DNA of 32,000 bases from Propionibacterium ruminifibrarum (GTDB lineage Bacteria > Actinomycetota > Actinomycetes > Propionibacteriales > Propionibacteriaceae): the NCBI RefSeq assembly GCF_900289195.1, contig NZ_OMOH01000004.1, positions 60,001-92,000 on the forward strand, in the 5' to 3' direction. Each line of letters begins with the position of its first letter. Positions within the stretch are counted from its first letter, which is position 1. The notes under the pieces were generated by a model that saw only the letters and a list, made by a program, of their open reading frames with translations, was not told the DNA's origin and searched no databases. Of this stretch, positions 26,407 through 32,000 are shown one piece after another. Position numbers and translations under genes: made by a program.

Positions 26407-27723
26407 TCATGACGCGGTCTGTGGAGCGTGGTTGAGGATGACGCCGAGCATGCACCCGCCTCCCTGGCGGATGGACTCAGCGACGTGACTCAGCTGATCC
26501 TTCGTCGTGCGTCCGGAGCGCGCCACGACGAGGACACCATCGGTGTGCGGGGCGAGGGCCACCGCGTCGGTCACCGGGAGCACCGGCGGGGTGTCGATGA
26601 TCACCACCCGGTCCGAGGAGAGACGGGTCACCACGTCGGACATCCGCTCGGACCCGAGGAGTTCGGAGGGATTGGGTGGGATCTCTCCTGCGGGGATGAG
26701 CTGCAAACCCGGCACCGAAGTGGGCAGAAGCACCGCTTCCAAGGTGACCGTTCCGGCGAGCAGTTCGGACAGGCCGGGGTGGCGCTCCGCGCGTTCCGGC
26801 CCGGTGCCGGGCGTGCTCTGACGCAGGTCGCCGTTGATGAGAACGACCTCCTGGCCGCTCAGGGCCATGACCCGGGCGAGATTCGAGGAGACGACTGAGG
26901 TCCCGTCCCCGTGTTGGGGAGCGGAGATGACGAAGGAGTGCAGCCCCGCATCGACGTTGGCGTACCGCAGGTTGGTGCGCAGTTTCCGAAGGGCCTCCCC
27001 GAACTGGTCGGCGTCCTGCAGGGCATCGCGACCCTCCGCAACGGCTTCCGAGTACGGGAGGGCGCCGAGGACTGGGCGCCCGGCAGCAGCAGCGGCGACA
27101 GCAGCGGAGCGGACGCGTCTGTCCGACGCCTGGCGGGCCAGGGCCAGTGCGTACCCGAGCACCACCCCGCCCAGGGCGCCGATGCCGAGGCAGCTGAGAA
27201 TCGACGGCGAACGGGACGTGGTCGATAGGCCCGAGGGAGACATGGGGACGACAGCGACCGGCGAGTCCTCACCTTCAAGCCGCCGGACCTGTTCGGCCGA
27301 CTGACGGATGACCTCATCGACGATGATGCGGGCGTCCTCGGCAGTCGGAGCGGTAACGGTGACGGTGATCGTCAGGGTGTCATCCTCGTTGGTCGCCGAA
27401 ACCGAACGCGACAGGGCGGCCGGAGTCGTGTCCAATCCCAAGGTATCGATGACCCCTTGAGCAACGGCTTCGGAAGTGAACACCGGGACGAATGCCTTGA
27501 CCTTCTGGTTGGCCAGCTGAGATGCCGAGTAGTATTCGTCCGCCTGGTTCGGCGCGGTGTCATTCGCGGGAACCACGGCACGAACATAGGCGTCCGCGGA
27601 CGCCTTGTAGGAAACCGGGTACAGCCAGACGAATCCAATGCCGATGACGAGGCCAACGACAAGTCCCGCGGCGATCGTGATGATTCTCCGGTGAGTGAGT
27701 TCGAGAAGTCCTTCGAACGTCAT
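26407..27723 (-). CDS. Wzz/PCP domain fused to a BY-kinase-like P-loop domain (Wzc/CpsCD-like) with a degenerate Walker A and no C-terminal Tyr cluster
   Basis: TM helix RRIITIAAGLVVGLVIGIGFVWLY, a periplasmic PCP region, then a second TM. Walker A-like SAPQHGDGTSVVSSNLA, Walker A' VVLINGDLRQ, Walker B VVIIDTPPV. I chose the start at ATG 27723 (MTFEGLLEL) because of its short distance to TM1 and the coupling uORF. The 38 upstream codons of the track ORF are uncertain. Confidence 0.75.
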   Translation of the reverse strand: MTFEGLLELTHRRIITIAAGLVVGLVIGIGFVWLYPVSYKASADAYVRAVVPANDTAPNQADEYYSASQLANQKVKAFVPVFTSEAVAQGVIDTLGLDTTPAALSRSVSATNEDDTLTITVTVTAPTAEDARIIVDEVIRQSAEQVRRLEGEDSPVAVVPMSPSGLSTTSRSPSILSCLGIGALGGVVLGYALALARQASDRRVRSAAVAAAAAGRPVLGALPYSEAVAEGRDALQDADQFGEALRKLRTNLRYANVDAGLHSFVISAPQHGDGTSVVSSNLARVMALSGQEVVLINGDLRQSTPGTGPERAERHPGLSELLAGTVTLEAVLLPTSVPGLQLIPAGEIPPNPSELLGSERMSDVVTRLSSDRVVIIDTPPVLPVTDAVALAPHTDGVLVVARSGRTTKDQLSHVAESIRQGGGCMLGVILNHAPQTAS

Positions 27724-27978
27724 GGCGGCATCACCGGCCGGAATTCTTGGGTGGACATAACAGGTATCTCCTTGAAGGGGGTTTTGTCTGTTTATCACAG
27801 AGCCATCATGCTCTGCCATGGGCCCCTGAAGGTTCATATGTGATTCATACGATGACGTTGCCAGAATGTGATTTCCTCATGTGTTCCTTCTCGATGGGGC
27901 CGGGGATTGCCGAGGGCGGCCGCCCCGCGGTGGTTCCGGCGCCGGTCCGGCACTGGCGCGGCACCTGGATCCGGTACC

Positions 27979-28128
27979 GTCTCACCCCCGTGCCACCGGC
28001 CGCGGGCTCACCCGAAACCCCGACACCCGCGTCGTCCTCGTCTCACCCCCGTGCCACCGGCCGCGGGTAGCCATCGTTCAGCACTGAGAACTGGGAAGTG
28101 GTCTCACCCCCGTACCACCGGCCGAGGG
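27979..28128. CRISPR. Orphan mini CRISPR-like array: 3 x 28-bp repeat, 2 x 33-bp spacers, exact 61-bp period
   Basis: GTCTCACCCCCGTGCCACCGGCCGCGGG occurs at 27979-28006 and 28040-28067, identical. At 28101-28128 it carries two substitutions (GTCTCACCCCCGTACCACCGGCCGAGGG). The two intervening 33-mers are unrelated to each other. No cas genes are present in the window. Confidence 0.6.
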
Positions 28129-28163
28129 AACCGGCACGGCCCTTGGCGCCACGAACCCGGATC

Positions 28164-28215
28164 GGGAGCAACTGGGCGCCGCCCCGCTCCCGCTTGGCGG
28201 CGCCCAGTTGCTCCC
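28164..28215. terminator. Perfect 20-bp-arm hairpin (12-nt loop) 35 nt from the last CRISPR-like repeat
   Basis: GGGAGCAACTGGGCGCCGCC-CCGCTCCCGCTT-GGCGGCGCCCAGTTGCTCCC. I checked the arms base by base. It lies between divergently oriented genes, so it is not a terminator for either neighbour. Confidence 0.4.
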
Positions 28216-28444
28216 ACGACTCAGTGACCTTCTCCTCCTGCTCGCCCGCCTCCACCGGGCGGCGCCGCAAGAACCAGCCCTCACCACCCACCTTCTCCGG
28301 TCGTGGGCTCACGCCCGGCACCCGGCGATGGACAACGCAGCTCATGCCACGGAGCTCGCTGGCGGCGAAGCCGCGTTGTGGTCGGCTGATGGTCCGTAAT
28401 CCCACCGGGGGTTCTACTCTTGGGTGCGAGGAAAGGACCTGGCA

Positions 28445-30289
28445 ATGCCGAAACTGCGTTCACGCGTCACCTACGAGGGGCGTCCGATGGCCGGCGCCCG
28501 CGCCCTGTGGCGTGCCACCGGCATGGGCGACGACGACTTCGGGAAGCCCATCGTCGCGATCGCCAACTCCTTCACGGAGTTCGTCCCCGGGCACGTCGGG
28601 CTGCGCAATGTCGGCTCGATCGTCGCCGACGCGGTGAAGGCCGCGGGCGGTGTTGCCAAGGAGTTCAACACGATCGCCGTCGACGACGGCATCGCCATGG
28701 GCCACGGGGGCATGCTCTACTCGCTGCCCAGCCGCGAGATCATCGCCGACTCGGTCGAGTACATGTGCAACGCGCACCAGGCCGATGCGCTCGTGTGCAT
28801 CTCCAACTGCGACAAGATCACCCCGGGCATGATGCTGGCGGCCTTCCGCCTCAACATCCCCACCGTGTTCGTCTCGGGCGGCGGCATGGAGTCGGGCCGT
28901 CCGATCACCAACGACGACGGCACGACGAGCAGCCGCCTCGACCTCATCCACCCGATGACGGCGTCGGCCGACCCTGGCGTTTCGGACGCCGAGCTGGCGC
29001 GCATGGAGGCGAACGCCTGCCCCACCTGCGGCTCGTGCTCGGGCATGTTCACCGCCAACTCGATGAACTGCCTCACCGAGGCCCTCGGGCTGGCGCTGCC
29101 CGGCAACGGCACCACCCTGGCCACCTTCAGCGCCCGCAAGTCCCTCTTCGCCGAGGCCGGGCGGCTCGTCGTCGCCAATGCCCGGCGCTACTACGACGAG
29201 GACGACGACTCGGTGCTGCCGCGCTCGATCGCCACCCGCGGGGCCTTCGCCAACGCCATGACGATGGACATCGCCATGGGCGGCTCGACGAACACGATCC
29301 TGCACCTGCTGGCCGCCGCCCAGGAGGCCGGCGTCGACTTCGACCAGGACGACATCGACGAGCTCTCGCTCCACGTGCCCTGCCTGTGCAAGGTGGCCCC
29401 GAACAGCAACGTCTTCTTCCTCGAGGACGTCCACCGCGCCGGCGGCATCCCCGCGATCCTCGGCGAGCTGCGCCGCGGCGGTCTGCTCGACATGGAGGTG
29501 CACTCGGTGCACCACGACTCCATGGCGTCCTTCCTGGACGACTGGGACGTGCGCGGCGGCTCGGCCCTGCCCGAGGCCGTGGAGCTCTACCACGCCGCCC
29601 CCGGCGGCGTACGCACCACCGAGATGTTCAGCTCGACGAACCGCTACGCCGAGCTCGACACCGACCCGGTCGAGGGCTGCATCCGTGACATCGCCCACGC
29701 CTACACCGCCGACGGCGGCCTGGCGGTGCTGCACGGCAACATCGCCGTCGACGGCTGCGTCGTGAAGTCGGCAGGTGTGCCCGAGGACCAGTTCGTGTTC
29801 AGCGGTCCCGCCCATGTCACCGAGTCCCAGGAGGAGGCCGTCGAGCACATCCTCGGCGGCAGGGTGAGGGCCGGCGACGTGGTCGTCGTGCGCTACGAGG
29901 GCCCCAAGGGCGGCCCCGGCATGCAGGAGATGCTCTACCCCACCAGCTACCTCAAGGGCGTCGGGCTGGGTCCGAAGTGCGCCCTCATCACCGACGGCCG
30001 GTTCTCGGGCGGCAGCTCGGGCCTGTCGCTGGGGCACATCAGCCCCGAGGCCGCCGCCGGTGGCGCGATCGGCCTGGTGCGCGACGGCGACATCATCGAC
30101 ATCGACATTCCCGCCCGCGCGATCAATGTGCGGGTCAGTGACGAGGAGTTGGCCGCGCGCCGCGCCGAGCAGGACGAGGCCGGCTGGAAACCGCGCCACC
30201 GCGACCGGGTGGTCTCGAACGCGCTGAAGGTCTTCGCCCTGCTGGCCCAGAGCGCCGACAAGGGCGCGGCCCGCCGCCGACTCGACTGA
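28445..30289 (+). CDS. ilvD: Dihydroxy-acid dehydratase
   Basis: [26 protein letters not shown]...[16 protein letters not shown]...[16 protein letters not shown]...[17 protein letters not shown]...[36 protein letters not shown], with ATG 28445 following 7 nt later. Confidence 0.95.
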   Translation: MPKLRSRVTYEGRPMAGARALWRATGMGDDDFGKPIVAIANSFTEFVPGHVGLRNVGSIVADAVKAAGGVAKEFNTIAVDDGIAMGHGGMLYSLPSREIIADSVEYMCNAHQADALVCISNCDKITPGMMLAAFRLNIPTVFVSGGGMESGRPITNDDGTTSSRLDLIHPMTASADPGVSDAELARMEANACPTCGSCSGMFTANSMNCLTEALGLALPGNGTTLATFSARKSLFAEAGRLVVANARRYYDEDDDSVLPRSIATRGAFANAMTMDIAMGGSTNTILHLLAAAQEAGVDFDQDDIDELSLHVPCLCKVAPNSNVFFLEDVHRAGGIPAILGELRRGGLLDMEVHSVHHDSMASFLDDWDVRGGSALPEAVELYHAAPGGVRTTEMFSSTNRYAELDTDPVEGCIRDIAHAYTADGGLAVLHGNIAVDGCVVKSAGVPEDQFVFSGPAHVTESQEEAVEHILGGRVRAGDVVVVRYEGPKGGPGMQEMLYPTSYLKGVGLGPKCALITDGRFSGGSSGLSLGHISPEAAAGGAIGLVRDGDIIDIDIPARAINVRVSDEELAARRAEQDEAGWKPRHRDRVVSNALKVFALLAQSADKGAARRRLD

Positions 30290-30342
30290 ACCCCCGCACT
30301 CGTCCTGCGGTTCTTGTGCGTCATTCCACGACGACCGCAGGA
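30252..30342 (+). repeat. 91-bp direct repeat, copy 1 (last 38 nt of the ilvD CDS including the stop + 11 nt + hairpin unit A)
   Basis: Aligns without gaps to 30596-30686 with 87/91 identities by hand alignment. Three of the four mismatches are C->T. Confidence 0.85.
30301..30342 (+). repeat. Hairpin repeat unit A (42 nt)
   Basis: GTCCTGCGGT-TCTTGTGCGTCATTCCACGACG-ACCGCAGGAC has 10-bp perfect arms and starts 12 nt after the ilvD stop. An inner CGTC/GACG stem with a 7-nt ATTCCAC loop is possible. Confidence 0.85.
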
Positions 30343-30410
30343 CTAGTGCGGGCAACGGACCGATCGGAGTCCAAGCGCATCCCCATGCTCACCCGCCCAC
30401 CGGACCATCG

Positions 30411-30450
30411 CCCTGCGCATCTTGTGCGTCATTCCACGACGACCGCAGGA
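30411..30450 (+). repeat. Hairpin repeat unit B
   Basis: CCTGCGCATCTTGTGCGTCATTCCACGACGACCGCAGGAC. The loop and right arm are identical to A; the left arm is degenerate (GT->CA). Confidence 0.85.
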
Positions 30451-30516
30451 CGAGCGAACATGGGCTGCTCAGACGAGCCCCGCGGACACCTGTCCCCAAG
30501 CCACCTTCAACCTCCA

Positions 30517-30556
30517 CCCTGCGGTTCTCGTGCGTCATTTCACGACGACCGCAGGA
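30517..30556 (+). repeat. Hairpin repeat unit C
   Basis: CCTGCGGTTCTCGTGCGTCATTTCACGACGACCGCAGGAC, with two loop substitutions relative to A. Confidence 0.85.
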
Positions 30557-30595
30557 CGAACCACAGAAGACCGACGGCAGCTCACCCTGCGCTTT

Positions 30596-30686
30596 ACGCC
30601 GACAAGGGCGCGGCCCGCCGTCGACTCGACTGAACCCCCGTACTCGTCCTGCGGTTCTTGTGTGTCATTCCACGAAGACCGCAGGA
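30596..30686 (+). repeat. 91-bp direct repeat, copy 2 (orphan ilvD 3'-end fragment + hairpin unit D)
   Basis: CGCCGACAAGGGCGCGGCCCGCCGTCGACTCGACTGAACCCCCGTACTC + unit D. It would encode ...[11 protein letters not shown], identical to the ilvD C-terminus, but has no gene upstream. Confidence 0.85.
30645..30686 (+). repeat. Hairpin repeat unit D
   Basis: GTCCTGCGGTTCTTGTGTGTCATTCCACGAAGACCGCAGGAC, with full 10-bp arms and two loop substitutions. Confidence 0.85.
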
Positions 30687-30767
30687 CGAGGGGGCTCCCC
30701 GTCGCAAGACAAACCGGTTCGGAAGCCAAACCGCAGGACGAAGCCGCGTTTCCCCATGGCGAGCCGG

Positions 30768-31376
30768 TCAGATCGCGCCGAGGGCCAGTCGCACGGCCAG
30801 GGCGAGCATGACGACACCGATGACCAGGTCAAGACCGCGCCACACCCTCGGACTGGACATCGGCCCGGAGAGGGCCCGGGCGCCGAAGCCGAGGGCGCTG
30901 AACCAGCAGACCGATCCGGTCATGGACCCGGCCGTGAACACCCAGCGCAGGCCGCCGTACTGGTTGGCGAGGGAGCCGAGGAAGACCATCGTGTCGAGGT
31001 AGACGTGCGGGTTGAGCCAGGTGACGGCCAGCGTCGCACCGACCACCGCGCCGAGTCCGGGCCCCGCCGCTCCCTGGGCCCTCAGTCCCTCGGCGTCGGG
31101 ACGCAGCGCGGAACGGAAACTGGTGAACGCGAACCAGCACAGGTAGGCCACGCCGGCCCAGGTCAGGACGGTGAGCACCCAGGCCGCCCGGTCGACGATG
31201 GCGCCGATGCCGAGTGTTCCGGCGGCCATGAGGACCAGATCGGAGGCGATGCAGATGCCGACGACCCAGCCCATGTGGGCCCGGCGCAGCCCCTGCCGCA
31301 GCACCCACGCGTTCTGGGCGCCGATGGCGACGATGAGCCCGAGCCCCGCGGCGAAACCGGTGACGAAGACATCCAC
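30768..31376 (-). CDS. lysE: LysE/ArgO-family basic amino-acid exporter
   Basis: 202 aa with about 6 TM helices. N-terminal FVTGFAAGLGLIVAIGAQNAWVLRQG is the LysE-family signature. GTG start at 31376. A divergent LysR-type gene is adjacent. Confidence 0.85.
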   Translation of the reverse strand: MDVFVTGFAAGLGLIVAIGAQNAWVLRQGLRRAHMGWVVGICIASDLVLMAAGTLGIGAIVDRAAWVLTVLTWAGVAYLCWFAFTSFRSALRPDAEGLRAQGAAGPGLGAVVGATLAVTWLNPHVYLDTMVFLGSLANQYGGLRWVFTAGSMTGSVCWFSALGFGARALSGPMSSPRVWRGLDLVIGVVMLALAVRLALGAI

Positions 31377-31415
31377 CTCACCGACGCTAGACGAGACCCA
31401 TGATGAAGACCAGCG

Positions 31416-31440
31416 AATGATTCTTCAGCATCATTAGAAT
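31416..31440 (+). promoter_or_regulatory. Dyad AATGAT-N8-ATCATT overlapping a TAGAAT -10 hexamer in the lysE/lysG divergent region
   Basis: The dyad spans 31416-31435. TAGAAT (31435-31440) is followed by 6 nt, then the lysG ATG (31447), which is leaderless geometry. It is AT-rich in an otherwise GC-rich 70-bp intergenic region, as expected for a LysR-type autoregulatory site. Confidence 0.35.
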
Positions 31441-31446
31441 CACTTC

Positions 31447-32000
31447 ATGGATGCAGAGCAGCTTCGGGCGCTGAGGGCCGTCGCCGACGCGGGCACCTTC
31501 GACGCGGCGGCCACTGCGCTGCACGTCACGCCATCGGCCGTCAGCCAGCGCATCAAGGCCCTCGAACGCCAGACCGGTCAGGTGCTCGTGCAGCGCACCA
31601 GACCCTGCAAGGTGACCGACGCCGGGCAGGTGCTGTTGTCGGCGGCACGGCGTTTCGCAGAGATCGAGTCAGACGTGGCTCTCGCGCTCGATCGGATCAG
31701 CGCCGCGCCGCTGCGGGTCGCGGTCAACGCGGACTCGCTCGCCACGTGGTTCACCGCCGTGCTCGCCGAGGCCGCGCGATGGCGTGACACCGACCTGCGC
31801 CTGCTGGTCGAGGACGAGCAGCTGACCCACCGCCTGCTGACCAGCGGCGAGGTGATCGCCGCCGTCACCACGGCCACCAGGGCGGCGGCGGGCTGCCGCA
31901 GCACCAGGCTCGGCGCGATGCGCTACCTGCCGGTGGCCTCCCCCGCCCTGTGGGACGGCGGCCCCCTGCCGGGCGAGCAGCTGGCCGCGATGCCTGCGGT
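31447..32000 (+). CDS. lysG: LysR-family transcriptional regulator (LysG/ArgP type), N-terminal 184 codons; runs off the window
   Basis: Absent from the ORF track because it is open at the window end. Translation from ATG 31447 gives MDAEQLRALRAVADAGTFDAAATALHVTPSAVSQRIKALERQTGQVLVQRTRPCKVTDAGQVLL, a LysR HTH closely resembling ArgP/LysG. It is divergent from lysE. Confidence 0.85.
   Translation, partial: MDAEQLRALRAVADAGTFDAAATALHVTPSAVSQRIKALERQTGQVLVQRTRPCKVTDAGQVLLSAARRFAEIESDVALALDRISAAPLRVAVNADSLATWFTAVLAEAARWRDTDLRLLVEDEQLTHRLLTSGEVIAAVTTATRAAAGCRSTRLGAMRYLPVASPALWDGGPLPGEQLAAMPA

Noticed and set aside
27918-27945. Possible fourth (leader-side) CRISPR-like repeat one period (61 bp) upstream of repeat 1, and a fifth at 28162-28189.
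   Set aside because: Hand alignment gives only ~14/28 matches at 27918, and 28162 shows no visible resemblance. In ~70% GC DNA that is indistinguishable from chance.
28043-28405. 120-aa minus-strand ORF, plus plus-strand ORFs 27868-28227 and 28098-28637, covering the CRISPR-like repeats and the 20-bp hairpin.
   Set aside because: They translate straight through perfect repeats and both arms of the hairpin. They have no SD and no motif.
30316-30811. ORFs 30316-30633(+), 30422-30811(+) and 30658-31002(+) with repeated peptide strings (VRHSTTTAG, CVIPRRPQDE).
   Set aside because: The peptide repeats are just the hairpin units read in three different frames. There is no SD, the frame is inconsistent between units, and the final stretch ([11 protein letters not shown]) is the duplicated ilvD tail.
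1-32000. Window-wide look for tRNA/rRNA genes, IS elements, transposase/integrase genes, toxin-antitoxin pairs, or defence-system genes (cas, restriction-modification, Abi-like).
   Set aside because: Every ORF above ~150 aa that looks coding has a metabolic, transport, regulatory or EPS assignment, apart from one 175-aa hypothetical. No cloverleaf-like or rRNA-like sequence was noticed. This is a by-eye negative, not an exhaustive search.

Overview
High-GC actinobacterial chromosome; gene content suggests Propionibacteriales, but that is a guess made without a search. Nearly all of the window is recognisable core or accessory metabolism. Left to right: (1) a minus-strand heme/porphyrin operon, hemA-hemC-hemD::hemE fusion-radical SAM/SPASM-hemY, with every junction a 4-nt ATGA/GTGA start/stop overlap; (2) divergent asnB/ltsA-type amidotransferase; (3) one unassignable hypothetical gene; (4) an FSA-like aldolase divergent from a Firmicute-style glucitol/sorbitol PTS operon (srlD-gutR-gutM-srlA-srlE-srlB plus a private HPr paralog) with strong intercistronic hairpins; (5) a Zn-dependent dehydrogenase and a GNAT; (6) a compact Wzx/Wzy exopolysaccharide locus (pyruvyl transferase, EpsG/Wzy, Wzx, GT4, GT2, convergent priming transferase and a Wzc-like protein with a degenerate P-loop), visibly richer in A/T-ending codons than its flanks; (7) ilvD; (8) a convergent lysE with divergent lysG. 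The structures not explained by genes are two repeat systems flanking ilvD. Upstream is an orphan 3-repeat CRISPR-like mini-array with an exact 61-bp period, followed by a 20-bp perfect-arm hairpin. Downstream is an array of four conserved ~42-nt hairpin elements, linked to a 91-bp duplication that includes the last 38 nt of the ilvD CDS. No cas genes, transposases, integrases, tRNAs or rRNAs were recognised in the window. All calls rest on reading the sequence and remembered family motifs; no database search was possible.
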